The position numbers and the translations under genes are program-made. The notes under the pieces were generated by a model. That model saw only the letters and a program-made list of their open reading frames with translations, made no database searches and was not told the DNA's origin. A stretch of 64,000 bases of DNA, from positions 14,502 through 78,501 of the forward strand of contig CAZSED010000002.1 of NCBI GenBank assembly GCA_964605885.1, read 5' to 3'. Of this stretch, positions 54,149-64,000 are shown piece by piece; the stretch's first letter is position 1, and each line of letters begins with the position of its first letter. Source of the stretch: an uncultured Dehalococcoidales bacterium (lineage in GTDB: Bacteria > Chloroflexota > Dehalococcoidia > GIF9 > UBA5629).

Positions 54149-56959
54149 ATGGTGACCGAGAGCAGATTTATGGATGTGATCTCTGACAGGACAGATGTCC
54201 TGAAAATATTACCTGAGGCGGCTGCAGAGCTTTGCACCGCCCTCTTCAGAAATTCGCCTGCCGGTATTTATATAACACGCGACGGCAAGTTCATTTATAC
54301 CAATATCGAGTTCCGGCGCATCACCGGCTACAGCCAGGACGAGCTCTCCGGCAAGGATTACATGCGGCTGATCAACCCCCGCTATCGCCAGCGACCCAAG
54401 CAGAACGCCGCCTTCCTCCTGCCGGAAGATGACACCACAGGCCACGAGTTCAAGATCACCACGCACGAAGGCAAGAAAAAGTGGATATCTGAAAAGATCA
54501 CCTATTTTAAATACGGCGGCAACTGGCTGACGCTCGGCCACTGGCTGGATATCAGCGAGCACCACTCGATTGAAAAAGCCTGGCATGAGGCCGAAAGGCG
54601 CTTCCAGGCTGCCTTTGAAGACCTCTCTACCGGGCTGAGCATAATCGGCACCGACGGCATCTTCCTCAAGGTCAACAAGTCTTTCTGTGACATGATCGGC
54701 TATGAAGAACAGGAGATCCTGGAATCGCGCTTCGACCAGGTGCTCTGCCCCGAAGACAGGGCTGAGAAAGGCGACCTAATGCAGCTTTTCCTGTCGCTGG
54801 AAAAGCCCGACAAGCTTATGCAGATGAGGCTGGAGTGCAAGGACGGCCGGGCCATCTGGGTGTCCATGAGCATATCGTTGATAGGTGACAGCGAGGACGG
54901 CCCATCCTATTTCATCGTCAATTTCCAGGACGTGACCGAGCAGAAGCGCATTGAGCAGGGCCTGAAAGAGGAGGAGAAGCTTTACCGCTCGCTGGTGGAC
55001 ATGGCGCTTGAGCATGTTGCAGTTGCCGACCTGGACTGCCGTTTCACACACGCCTCGCAAAAGTTCGTTGAGCAGATGGGTTACAGCAGCGAAAAAGACC
55101 TGCTGGGCAAGACTATCGGCGGCCTGGTGGTTCCGGCTGAAAGCCAGATGGTGCAGGCCAGTGTCATGGATTTGCTCAAGCAGGACAGGCCGGGAAGCTT
55201 CGATTGCTCCCTGGTCAAGAAGGATGGCAGCGCCTTTCGGGCGGCAATGAACATATCCTGGATAAACAATAGCCAGGGCTCGCCTTCCTGCATCGTTGTC
55301 AGGCTGCTGGATAAGACGGCGGAGAGACCACACCCCGCGGCCGCCGTTCTTATGGAGCAGCCGGCGGTCAGGGCGGAAGCCCCGGCGGTCATTGAACCCA
55401 AGCCGCAGGCTGTGGTCCAGGTGCCGGAGCCGGCCCAACCCGGGCCGGAACAGAAGGTGGAAGAGCCGGCAGCCAGTGCTGCGCCGGCTGCAGAGGAAAC
55501 GGCAGCGCCGGCAGCTGCAGTTGCGGCACCCCCGGAGGAAGCGGCCCCGGCGGAAAAGCACGAGGTTGAACAGTCTCCTATGGCTCAGGCCCTGGAGAAT
55601 ACCTCCACCGCCATAATGTTGATAAATGACGACACCAAGATAGCTGCAGTTAATGCAGCCTTTGAAAGGCTGACCGGCCTGTCCAGGGAAGAGACCGAGG
55701 GGAAGAAAAGCTGGATAGAGTTCGTAGCGGCTGAAGACCAGCCCAGGCTGAAGAAATATTACCTCCTGCGCCGGCTCGATCCGGCCTCCGCTCCGGACAC
55801 TTATGAGTTCAAGCTGGTGGACAGGCAGGGCAACACAAAGGACGTGCTGATCAACGTCAGCCCGGTCGCCGGCACCAAAATGCTGGCAGCCAGCATGCTG
55901 GATATCACCGACTACCACCGTGAGAGCAAAGGCGAAACCTTCTCCGAGCAGTATAAATACCAGCAGCAGGTAGTCGGCAATTTAAAGAGCATGGTCTTCA
56001 TACTGGGCATGGACCTCAAGCTACTGTGGGTCAATCCCTTCGGCACCAAGAGGCGTGGCTTCAGCGTAGATGAGCTCATGTCCATGCCGCTGGATCGCCA
56101 GGTCACGGCCGATACCCTGCAGAGGGCTTTAAAAATCCTGGAGGAAGAGCTGAAGCTGGAAAAGGCAGGGACGGCTGATCCCGACCGTTACCGTAAAATT
56201 GAGCTGGAGTTCTACAACAAGGACGGCTCAACCTACTGGTCGGAAAATATATTCTCCGGCATTCGCGACGATAAGGGTGAGCTTATCGGCCTGCTGAGCG
56301 AGGGCAGGGATATATCGAACCGCAAGCGTTCTGAAGATCTGCTCGAGCGCAGCCTGGCCATGCTGGAACGCACGCTGCTCAGCGTGATAGAGGCCATGGC
56401 CAGGGTGGTGGAGATGAAGGATCCGTACACGGCCGGCCACCAGGAACGCGTGGCCGAGCTATCCAGGGCTATCGCAGTGGGCATGAACCTTCCGGACGAC
56501 CTTGTGCAGGGAATTACCCTGGCGGCCAAGATCCACGACATCGGCAAGGTTTACGTGCCGGTGGAGATATTAAGCAAGCCGGTTGTGCTGACCGGCATCG
56601 AGCGGGAGATTATCAAGGCACACGCCCGCGGAAGTTATGACATTTTAAAGTCAATAGAATTCCCCTGGCCCGTGGCCGAATCTGTCTATCAGCACCACGA
56701 GAGGATGGACGGCTCCGGCTATCCGCGCGGCCTCAAGGAGCACGAGATCATACTGGAGGCCAAGATCATTATGGTGGCTGACGTGGTGGAAGCCATGGCT
56801 TCGTACAGGCCCTACCGTCCGGCCTGCGGCATAGATGCTGCACTGGATGAGATATCAGCAAACAGCGGCATTCTCTATGACCCTGAAGTAGTGAAAACCT
56901 GCGTGCGGTTATTCCGAGAAGAAGGCTTTTGCTTTAAGGAGCCTACCGTTGCCTCCTGA
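54149..56959 (+). CDS. Multi-PAS sensor HD-GYP c-di-GMP phosphodiesterase
   Basis: Several PAS-like segments, an 80-aa Ala/Pro/Glu-rich linker, and a C-terminal HD-GYP (HDIGK ... HHERMDGSGYP). Confidence 0.75.
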   Translation: MVTESRFMDVISDRTDVLKILPEAAAELCTALFRNSPAGIYITRDGKFIYTNIEFRRITGYSQDELSGKDYMRLINPRYRQRPKQNAAFLLPEDDTTGHEFKITTHEGKKKWISEKITYFKYGGNWLTLGHWLDISEHHSIEKAWHEAERRFQAAFEDLSTGLSIIGTDGIFLKVNKSFCDMIGYEEQEILESRFDQVLCPEDRAEKGDLMQLFLSLEKPDKLMQMRLECKDGRAIWVSMSISLIGDSEDGPSYFIVNFQDVTEQKRIEQGLKEEEKLYRSLVDMALEHVAVADLDCRFTHASQKFVEQMGYSSEKDLLGKTIGGLVVPAESQMVQASVMDLLKQDRPGSFDCSLVKKDGSAFRAAMNISWINNSQGSPSCIVVRLLDKTAERPHPAAAVLMEQPAVRAEAPAVIEPKPQAVVQVPEPAQPGPEQKVEEPAASAAPAAEETAAPAAAVAAPPEEAAPAEKHEVEQSPMAQALENTSTAIMLINDDTKIAAVNAAFERLTGLSREETEGKKSWIEFVAAEDQPRLKKYYLLRRLDPASAPDTYEFKLVDRQGNTKDVLINVSPVAGTKMLAASMLDITDYHRESKGETFSEQYKYQQQVVGNLKSMVFILGMDLKLLWVNPFGTKRRGFSVDELMSMPLDRQVTADTLQRALKILEEELKLEKAGTADPDRYRKIELEFYNKDGSTYWSENIFSGIRDDKGELIGLLSEGRDISNRKRSEDLLERSLAMLERTLLSVIEAMARVVEMKDPYTAGHQERVAELSRAIAVGMNLPDDLVQGITLAAKIHDIGKVYVPVEILSKPVVLTGIEREIIKAHARGSYDILKSIEFPWPVAESVYQHHERMDGSGYPRGLKEHEIILEAKIIMVADVVEAMASYRPYRPACGIDAALDEISANSGILYDPEVVKTCVRLFREEGFCFKEPTVAS

Positions 56960-58370
56960 ACGGGGGAGCAGGCATAGCCGTCATAAAGTCACCCGCAGTG
57001 ATATTGCAGCCTTTTCGTCCATCGTCGGCGCGTCCAATGTAATTACCTCACCGGCCGGGCTGCATGACTACGGCCGGGATGAAACGCCGCTGCTCAAGCC
57101 CAGGCTTCCCGAGCTTGCAGTTAAGCCGCGGGATACGGCCCAGGTATCTGAGATACTGCGCTACGCTAACAGAAAAGCTATTCCGGTCACCACGCGCGGG
57201 GGCGGGACGGGCCTGAGCGGCGGATGTGTGCCGCTGCACGGCGGGATAGTCCTCTCCCTGGAGAAAATGAATAAAATACTTGAGATCGACCGGCGCAACT
57301 TCGTCGCGGTCGTCCAGCCGGGCGTCCAGCTGGGCGAGCTGCGCCAGCACACGGAAGCGGCCGGCCTGAGCTATCCCGTCGCCCTGGGAGAGATGACGGC
57401 CAGCGTCGGCGGCAGCATAGCCACCAACGCCGGGGGCCTGAACGCCGTCAAGTACGGTGTCACCAGGCATCATGTACTGGGCCTGGAAGCAGTGCTGGCC
57501 GGAGGCCAGGTCATACGCACCGGCGGTAAATTCGTAAAGTGCTCGTCCGGCTATGACCTGACCCAGCTGCTGATAGGATCGGAGGGCACGCTGGCGGTTA
57601 TAACCGAGATCACGCTCAAGCTCAACGCCAGGCCGGCCAACCGCGAGGCCTTATTCGTTCCCTTTCACAGCCTGCAGGATGCCATCGACTCGGTGCCGGA
57701 TCTTCTGCTGCTTGACCGCGCCCCGGTAGGGCTGGAGTTCATGGAGGAGAGCATCCTGCAGATCGCCGAGTGGTACACCGGCAAGAAGCTACCATATCAT
57801 GGCTTCCGGGCCTTCCTGCTGGTGCTGTCTGAGGCGCCCGGCCAGGACGATATAGCGGACTATTTCTATCAGGTGGAGAAGGTAGTAAAAAAGCACGGCG
57901 CGGCCGATGCACTGGTGCCTCCCGGCCAGCTGGCCATGCGCAGGCTGCTGGAAGCCAGGGAAGGCTTTTACCACGCCATTAAAAAATATGCCCCCATGCA
58001 GATACTAGACGCCGTTGTCCCCAGGAGCGAGATAGCTTCCTTCGTAGCCGCAGTGAAAAAGCTTGAACCGAAATACGGCATCCCCATCGTCATCTACGGC
58101 CATGCCGGCGACGGCAACGTGCACCTTCACCCGGTGTGCAGGGACATGGCCGCGTTAGCCTGGAAAAGGAAACTGCACGCCCTGATGAGGGACATCTACT
58201 CCCTTTGCCGTCAGCACGGCGGCGCAGTATCGGGAGAGCACGGCATCGGCCTGGATAAGAAGGAGTTCTTCAACGATACCGCCGACGCCGCGCTGCTGGA
58301 TGCCATGAAGAAGATAAAATCCGCCCTCGATCCAAAGCACATTCTGAATCCGGGTAAAATATTCGATTGA
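56949..58370 (+). CDS. FAD-binding oxidoreductase (GlcD/D-lactate dehydrogenase family)
   Basis: FAD_binding_4 region TRGGGTGLSGG; TTG start after a TAAGGAG RBS. Confidence 0.65.
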   Translation: MPPERGSRHSRHKVTRSDIAAFSSIVGASNVITSPAGLHDYGRDETPLLKPRLPELAVKPRDTAQVSEILRYANRKAIPVTTRGGGTGLSGGCVPLHGGIVLSLEKMNKILEIDRRNFVAVVQPGVQLGELRQHTEAAGLSYPVALGEMTASVGGSIATNAGGLNAVKYGVTRHHVLGLEAVLAGGQVIRTGGKFVKCSSGYDLTQLLIGSEGTLAVITEITLKLNARPANREALFVPFHSLQDAIDSVPDLLLLDRAPVGLEFMEESILQIAEWYTGKKLPYHGFRAFLLVLSEAPGQDDIADYFYQVEKVVKKHGAADALVPPGQLAMRRLLEAREGFYHAIKKYAPMQILDAVVPRSEIASFVAAVKKLEPKYGIPIVIYGHAGDGNVHLHPVCRDMAALAWKRKLHALMRDIYSLCRQHGGAVSGEHGIGLDKKEFFNDTADAALLDAMKKIKSALDPKHILNPGKIFD

Positions 58371-58455
58371 GCTGCCGCTTTAGTCGTATGGACACATTGA
58401 CAGCAAACATATCGGGTTTATAATACAGTCAAATCACAGAGGAGGCGTACCGATT

Positions 58456-58713
58456 ATGGACCCCGTAATTGTCACCAATTTAATACTGTGCCTGATCATA
58501 CTCGCCATGGGCATCTGGGAGTATATCAGGACAAAGGCACGGCTGGAGCTGTATATTGGAGTTGCCTTCGGCCTGTTCGCAGTATCGCACCTGATAACAC
58601 TGCTCGGGCTGGCCCCCGGTCTGACCGTACCCCTGATTATTATCAGGTTGCTGGCATATTTGACGGTTATTTACGCCCTTTATACAGCCATCGCCAAGAA
58701 AAGCAAGGCCTGA
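58456..58713 (+). CDS. Small membrane protein (3 TM)
   Basis: Hydrophobic 85-aa product. Confidence 0.4.
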   Translation: MDPVIVTNLILCLIILAMGIWEYIRTKARLELYIGVAFGLFAVSHLITLLGLAPGLTVPLIIIRLLAYLTVIYALYTAIAKKSKA

Positions 58714-58740
58714 TAACCGGCCCGTCTGAATGAACTGCCT

Positions 58741-60192
58741 TTACCTTCGCAGATATTCGCTATAGCTGGCTAATGCATCCAGAGCCCGGGCGGCCTGATG
58801 CGGCATGTGGTGTATAATCAGTTCCCTCTGTCCCAGGGCATAAGCGATATTAATATCCTGAACAGCATCCGCAAACAGCAACTCAGAGGCCACGACCAGG
58901 GGCTTGGCATATTTTTGGGACAGGGCGTTAAATTCCTCCATAGCAGCCAGCGTGGCCTCGGTCACGATGCTGCCCCAGTTTTGCTTTTCTTCTTCACTGG
59001 ACGGTGAAAGGAAGCTCCTGATGCGCAGCGCCGGCATTATGCTCAGGAAGGCCATCGCATCCACCTCCGGGCATCTCATCACCACCTCCACCGCCTTATA
59101 AATATTGTCTGCCCTGGCGCCGGCCACCAGGTCGACCGGGTTGCCGCGGTTCCACCAGGCGGGCAGCAGCTTGTCCAGCTCGCTGATCACCTCGTCCGGC
59201 AGCTTGACAACGTCAAATCCCCGTTCGGCGCAGGCATCCGCCGCCAGCACGCCCCAGCCGCCCCCGGCGGTAACGATTCCCAGCCGGCGGCCTCTGGGCA
59301 GCGGCTGCCGGAGAAAGGCAATGGCGGTGTCCAGCATCTCATCCAGGCTGCCGGCCCGGATCACACCGGCCTGTTTGCAAACTGCATCAAATATCCTGTC
59401 TGAGCCTGCAATCGAAGCAGTATGCGATGCGGCCGCCCTGGCGCCTGCCTGCGTCTTGCCCACCTTGACCATGATGATGGGCTTCTTTTTGCTCACCTCA
59501 GAGGCCACCCTGAGAAAACGCCGTCCATCCTTGAATCCCTCGGTATAGCACATGATGACCCTGGTGTGTGGATCGTCGCCCATGTACTCCAGGTAGTCCT
59601 CGGTATGCAGGTCGGCCTCGTTGCCGCTGGCCACGCAGGCGCTGCAGCCCAGGCCCTTGAGCATGGCCTGGCGTGCCAGCACATCCATCACATTGCCGCT
59701 CTGCGCCACCACAGCGAACTTGCCGGGAGGCGTAAAAAAGGGCGGGAACTGCACGTACTGCCTGTTCCAAGGGCTCATCACGCCGTTGCAGTTGGGGCCG
59801 ACCAGCGCCATGCCGCCCTTGCGCGCCTCTGCCACCATCTCGGCCTGCAGCCGGGCGCCTTCATCGCCCAGCTCGGCAAAGCCTGCCGTGATCACTATGC
59901 CGGACCGGATGCCCTTGCCCACGCACTGCCTGATGACCTGCACCACGGCAGGCGGCGGGACTATCACAACCGCCAGGTCAGGCTTTTCAGGTATATCCGC
60001 AATATCGCGATAGACCGTCCGTCCCAGCAGCTCATCTTCGTTAGGATTCACCGGATAGATGTGTCCCTTAAAGCCCCCGTCGATCAGGTGCTTCAGCACG
60101 TTAAATCCCCACTTGGTTACGTCCCTGGAAGCACCGATTACGGCTATGGAGCCGGACGTGAATAGCGGAGCAAGCCTGTCAGCATTTATCAT
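58741..60192 (-). CDS. Acetyl/acyl-CoA synthetase (ADP-forming) alpha-type CoA-binding protein
   Basis: CoA_binding N-terminus (IAVIGAS), succinyl-CoA-synthetase-like flavodoxin domain, GPNCNG motif. Confidence 0.65.
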   Translation of the reverse strand: MINADRLAPLFTSGSIAVIGASRDVTKWGFNVLKHLIDGGFKGHIYPVNPNEDELLGRTVYRDIADIPEKPDLAVVIVPPPAVVQVIRQCVGKGIRSGIVITAGFAELGDEGARLQAEMVAEARKGGMALVGPNCNGVMSPWNRQYVQFPPFFTPPGKFAVVAQSGNVMDVLARQAMLKGLGCSACVASGNEADLHTEDYLEYMGDDPHTRVIMCYTEGFKDGRRFLRVASEVSKKKPIIMVKVGKTQAGARAAASHTASIAGSDRIFDAVCKQAGVIRAGSLDEMLDTAIAFLRQPLPRGRRLGIVTAGGGWGVLAADACAERGFDVVKLPDEVISELDKLLPAWWNRGNPVDLVAGARADNIYKAVEVVMRCPEVDAMAFLSIMPALRIRSFLSPSSEEEKQNWGSIVTEATLAAMEEFNALSQKYAKPLVVASELLFADAVQDINIAYALGQRELIIHHMPHQAARALDALASYSEYLRR

Positions 60193-60258
60193 AGGGCCGA
60201 AGTTCCTTTCTGCAGATTATTAGATTATATATGATGCCGGCCGGATAGAAGCAACGCC

Positions 60259-60936
60259 CTATTCCAGTCCGTATTTCTTAATGTCAAGCAGCCAGTAGCC
60301 GTCCCTGGACTGCAATTCGCTCTGGCCGATGGCGATCCTGCGCCTGAAGATCGGCCCTGCCGTCACTAGCGTGTGGTATTCGCCTTTTTCTCCGCAGGGG
60401 TCGATGCCGCGGGCCTTGGTGTAGTCAGCAAACGCCCGGTCAAGCTTTTTGCCCAGCCAGTGGCTTTCGATGAGTTCGGCCTTGGCGCCGATGATCACGG
60501 CTTCAAAGCCCGCTTCCACGAAGGAAGAATACAGCTCTCCCGTATCCCTACCCCACAGCGGCTCCACCGCCTCGATGCCGATCTCACTGCAGACCCGCTG
60601 CACCCAGTCCAGGTGTTCCTGCAGATAAATATCGCCGAACACCATGCCCTTTATGCCCAGCGGGACCATTCCGCCCACGGCGGCTTTAAAGTCACGCTCG
60701 TATCCATCCCAGGTGGTCTCCGGCTGATGCACCGGTATGCCCAGTGCCTCCCCCTGCAATTGGATTAACCCGGGATTGGTGCCGTGAAAGCGCACCCGCT
60801 TCGGGTCGGTGGAGATGAAATTCATCAGCCGTGAAACCCTGTAGCCGAGCCTGAGCGCTTCATACAGGGCCAGGCAGCTGTCCTTGCCGCCGCTCCAGGA
60901 CATAAGGTAGCTTCGATTCTTGTCGTCTTTATCCAT
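60259..60936 (-). CDS. PP-loop ATP pyrophosphatase of the MJ0570/Dph6 (diphthine-ammonia ligase-like) family
   Basis: SWSGGKDS PP-loop. Confidence 0.55.
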   Translation of the reverse strand: MDKDDKNRSYLMSWSGGKDSCLALYEALRLGYRVSRLMNFISTDPKRVRFHGTNPGLIQLQGEALGIPVHQPETTWDGYERDFKAAVGGMVPLGIKGMVFGDIYLQEHLDWVQRVCSEIGIEAVEPLWGRDTGELYSSFVEAGFEAVIIGAKAELIESHWLGKKLDRAFADYTKARGIDPCGEKGEYHTLVTAGPIFRRRIAIGQSELQSRDGYWLLDIKKYGLE

Positions 60937-60974
60937 GATTAGTGTGTGGTAAACGATAATGCCGTTGCGCAGTC

Positions 60975-61532
60975 TCAGAGCGGCGTTTCGCTCAGGCTGA
61001 TAATGCGTTCCTTGTTGATGGCTATGAAATCGAACTTGGAACCGCCACCCGGCAGCGGAGGGTCAATCTCTACCTGCGTCAGCGGCAGGAACCTGCTGGG
61101 ACTCTCAATGGTATCCGCCACCTGCCCCCAGGTATCCACATAAATGCGCCCCTTCACTTTATAGGGCGCTGCATAGACCTGGGCCGCTACAATGGTCACA
61201 CCTATGGGCAGCTTCTCCCTGAAGGGATACGTGCTCAGTGGCTTTTCCCTGGCCTTGCTGCTGACCTGGCCCACAAATATGATGTTGTTCTTGGCGATAT
61301 AGATCAGGGACTGTTTTGTTTCCTTGCCCTTGCGGTCGATGATCGTGGCATCCGTCAGCGGCAGAAAGCCGACGATCTTGGTGGCGGCATTGGAGCGTAT
61401 GCCTTCGTTTAAACCGTCGATCAGGCGCTGGTCGAAGCCGTATTTAAAGCTGCCGGTATACACCAGGTCTCCGGTGCAGACCAGCACCTCATAGTTCTTT
61501 TGCTGCTCGTTGCCTTCAGCTTCGACCGCCAT
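60975..61532 (-). CDS. Hypothetical protein
   Basis: 185 aa; no recognised domain. Confidence 0.4.
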   Translation of the reverse strand: MAVEAEGNEQQKNYEVLVCTGDLVYTGSFKYGFDQRLIDGLNEGIRSNAATKIVGFLPLTDATIIDRKGKETKQSLIYIAKNNIIFVGQVSSKAREKPLSTYPFREKLPIGVTIVAAQVYAAPYKVKGRIYVDTWGQVADTIESPSRFLPLTQVEIDPPLPGGGSKFDFIAINKERIISLSETPL

Positions 61533-61657
61533 TTAAACTCCTATGGGCAAATAGCGACTATATAATAGTCCAGAAGGGCGCATCGCTGTCAAGCCTTGAA
61601 CGCAAGGAGGTTTTGCAGGCGCTGTATAAAGTGTATCATTAGTATTAGATAGGCTTT

Positions 61658-63649
61658 TTGAGGAATGGGTGGCGACGGCCTATGGAAGACGAGGCCAAGA
61701 CTAAAAGACAGCTTATCGACGAGCTCGAACAGCTTCGCAGCAGGTTAGAATCACTGCAGTCCGGGCCTGGCGATGAAGGGGTGGACATACTGACCGGGTC
61801 CCTTGAAAACAAGTGTAATATAAGCCGGATAATTCCCCACGCCCTGTGCACCATTGACACGGCCCTGAACATTATATCGGCCAATCCCAACATGGAATCG
61901 ATGCTGGGCTACGGCAACGGCGAGCTCTCCGGCAAGAACCTGGTAATGCTGATGGGCCAGCCCTTCCGGCAGGACTTCCCGGAGTTCGTCATCAGGGCTT
62001 CCCAAACACCGGCAGGCAACTATGAGGCAGAGCTGGTCAGGAAGGACGGCATCAATATCTGGGCGGCCATCAGCGCCACGCCCATCGCCGGACGTAAAGG
62101 GGAATTCCTGGGAGCCCTGGTCAGCCTCACTGAGATCACCGATTACAAACGCATGTTCGAGGAGCTGCTGCTGGGCTCCAGGCTGCTTGATTCAGCCTCA
62201 GACTCCATTTTTCTGCGGGACCTGGAAGGCAATTTCGTCTATGTCAACGAGGCCGCTTACAAGACACGCGGCTTCACCAGGGAGGAGCTGTTGAACGCCA
62301 GCATCTACCAGGTCGTCGCACCGGAGTACCACCAGCTAGTTGAGGACAAGGTCAAGGAGCTTTTCAAGAAAGGCAAAGCCAGCTTTGAAGCTGCCCATCT
62401 GAAGAAAGACGGCAGCACATTTCCTGTGGAGATACATATGAGCATTGTCGAGATGGGAGGCAAGAAGCTCATCCTGAGCATAGCGCGCGATATAGCGCAG
62501 CGGAAAAAGATAGAGGCCGAGCTGATGCGCGCCCTTAAAATGGAGTCGGTAGCCATGATGGCCGGCGGCGTGGCAGGGCAGTTCAACTCTCTGCTTACCC
62601 GCATTACCGGCAACCTGGCCGTAATGATGTCTGAGATGGAACCCAGGACGCAGCTCTATCATCTGCTGCAGGAAACCGAAAAATCGGCTTCCCGCACCCG
62701 AGACCTGGCCAGGCACCTGCTGGCCTTTTCACACAAAGGAACGCCGGTTAAAAAGACGGCGTCGATTGGGACGCTCATCAAGGATACGGCGGACTTTGTC
62801 CTCAGCGGCGCCAACGCCTGGTGCAATTTCTTCATTGCGGAAGACCTGCACCAGGTGGAACTGGATGAAGGTCAGTTCAGCCAGGCGCTGAGCAACATCA
62901 TACTCAACGCCAGCCAGGCCATGCCCAACGGCGGCGTGATCAACATAAGCGCCCGCAACTTGAAGCTGGAGGACAACGAGATATCCAACCTTAAAGAGGG
63001 GAGCTACGTCGAGATATCCGTGGAGGACAGGGGCCAGGGCATCCGCTCCGCCTACCTTCAGCGTGTATTCGATCCCTATTTCACCACCAGGGAGGGGCAG
63101 CTAGGCCTGGGGCTGAGCATTGCCTACACCATAATCAGCAGCCACGGAGGCACCATCACCGCGGCATCCGAGGAGGGCAAGGGCAGCACCTTCCGTATTT
63201 ATTTACCGGCAGCCGAAAGCAAGGCCACGAAGGAAGCCGAGAAAAAGCCCGCCAGGCCGGACGTTAAAATGTTGATTGTGGACGACGAATCGGTCATACG
63301 CAACGTCGGCAAGCGCATGCTCAACAGGCTGGGATACAACAACGTTGAATTTGCCAGCAACGGTATCGAGGCGGTGCAGAAATACGGCGACGCAGTTGCA
63401 CATGGCGACCCTTATAACGTCGTTATTGCCGACCTTACGCTTCCCGGCGGCATGGGGGGTAGAGAGGTGGTGAAGTCCATTCTGAATATAGATCCCAAGG
63501 CCAATATCATCATATCCAGCGGCTATTTCGACGCGCCGCTGCTCAACGATTTCCAGCGCTACGGGGTAAAGGGCGTGCTGGCCAAACCCTACCGGCTGGA
63601 AGAGCTGAAGCTGCTGCTCCAGGATATCTCCGAAAATAAAACGGCCTGA
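61658..63649 (+). CDS. Hybrid PAS sensor histidine kinase-like protein with a C-terminal receiver; the H-box histidine appears to be replaced
   Basis: PAS segments; AGGVAGQFNSLLT sits where AHDFNNLLT is expected; intact N (ILNASQAMPNGG), G1 (DRGQGI) and G2 (GLGLSIA) boxes; receiver with VDDE...IADLTLPG. Confidence 0.65.
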   Translation: MRNGWRRPMEDEAKTKRQLIDELEQLRSRLESLQSGPGDEGVDILTGSLENKCNISRIIPHALCTIDTALNIISANPNMESMLGYGNGELSGKNLVMLMGQPFRQDFPEFVIRASQTPAGNYEAELVRKDGINIWAAISATPIAGRKGEFLGALVSLTEITDYKRMFEELLLGSRLLDSASDSIFLRDLEGNFVYVNEAAYKTRGFTREELLNASIYQVVAPEYHQLVEDKVKELFKKGKASFEAAHLKKDGSTFPVEIHMSIVEMGGKKLILSIARDIAQRKKIEAELMRALKMESVAMMAGGVAGQFNSLLTRITGNLAVMMSEMEPRTQLYHLLQETEKSASRTRDLARHLLAFSHKGTPVKKTASIGTLIKDTADFVLSGANAWCNFFIAEDLHQVELDEGQFSQALSNIILNASQAMPNGGVINISARNLKLEDNEISNLKEGSYVEISVEDRGQGIRSAYLQRVFDPYFTTREGQLGLGLSIAYTIISSHGGTITAASEEGKGSTFRIYLPAAESKATKEAEKKPARPDVKMLIVDDESVIRNVGKRMLNRLGYNNVEFASNGIEAVQKYGDAVAHGDPYNVVIADLTLPGGMGGREVVKSILNIDPKANIIISSGYFDAPLLNDFQRYGVKGVLAKPYRLEELKLLLQDISENKTA

Positions 63650-63842
63650 CATTTGAATTACAGGTTTTAACACATTAGTTCTTCCCGGCTTCCCAAAGCT
63701 GACCCACGATCCCCGACTAAACATTTTCTGTCCGGCTGCGTTATTAGTTTCATGACTCAACAGACGGAGGTTCAAATGTGTATTTAAGAGAGTTAATTAA
63801 CGCCGCACGGGCATAAATCTAAGCTGTACAAAGGAGGAGTCA

Positions 63843-64000
63843 ATTGATAAGGATTATTTCAGGAGTTTTATCCCTGGCGCTGGCGTTGCCCTTCATACTC
63901 CCGGCTTCCGCGCCCGCCTATGCAGACACGGGCCAGCAACCTAAAATGCTGCCCGCCTTCAATGCCGTGCTGTCTGTCAGGGCGCCGGGCTCGGCTGAAG
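63843..64000 (+). CDS. Secreted protein, N-terminal fragment (runs off the window)
   Basis: AAAGGAGGAG RBS then a TTG start; the signal peptide LALALPFILPASAPAYA. Confidence 0.35.

Noticed and set aside
54776-55918. 380-aa minus-strand ORF
   Set aside because: It is antisense to the PAS/HD-GYP gene, across its Ala/Pro-rich linker.
58488-58733. 81-aa plus-strand ORF overlapping the small membrane protein gene
   Set aside because: It is an alternative frame of the same region. The hydrophobic 85-aa frame (58456..58713) is the more gene-like, and neither has strong support.
1-64000. Archaeal origin of the contig, suggested by Mvh/sulfhydrogenase-type enzymes, the archaellin-like gene and MJ0570/MTH1175-family proteins
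   Set aside because: Bacterial-only c-di-GMP enzymes (GGDEF and HD-GYP) are present, together with classic lipobox signal peptides, ubiquitous GGAGG Shine-Dalgarno spacing, sigma70-like -35/-10 hexamers, and a tRNA with encoded CCA. All of these favour a bacterium.

Overview
This is a high-GC bacterial window (roughly 60-65% GC by hand counts). It is bacterial rather than archaeal because it has Shine-Dalgarno sites, lipobox signal peptides and c-di-GMP enzymes (a GGDEF cyclase and an HD-GYP phosphodiesterase). The gene content points to a strictly anaerobic, H2-metabolising organism, possibly Chloroflexota or Desulfobacterota-like; the phylum cannot be called from sequence alone.

The core is a hydrogenase locus with two [NiFe] hydrogenases side by side. 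One is an Mvh-like group 3c enzyme (mvhD-mvhG-mvhA) with no HdrA nearby. The other is a four-subunit group 3b sulfhydrogenase-like enzyme (beta, gamma, delta, alpha). A hyp maturation set lies about 9 kb downstream: hypF, hypC, hypD, hypE and an endopeptidase. hypA and hypB are not in the window, and a WD40/TolB-like gene sits inside the hyp run.

Between the structural and maturation genes is a dense cluster of poorly characterised genes: DUF134, three DUF5320 Gly-rich proteins, three NifX/MTH1175-like proteins (one with a His-rich insert), two MinD/Mrp-type ATPases with ferredoxin inserts, an FmdB zinc ribbon and a radical SAM protein.

Other notable elements:
- An AT-rich single gene (about 40% GC by hand count) lies between an intact tRNA-Met(CAT) and a 37-bp direct repeat of that tRNA's 3' end. 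This looks like a minimal integrase-less tRNA-targeted island with one orphan cargo gene.
- An archaellin-like protein with an archaeal class III signal peptide is encoded in this bacterium.
- A perfect 48-bp tandem array of six copies is related to a dispersed family of nested-hairpin repeats (REP/MITE-like).
- An AbrB/MazE-like gene is followed by a tiny two-TM protein.
- There are fused and split DUF1254/DUF1214 paralogs.
- A frameshifted acyltransferase remnant is present.
- A hybrid histidine kinase appears to have lost its phospho-acceptor histidine in the H-box.

All gene calls come from motif recognition by eye on the six-frame track; no database search was run.
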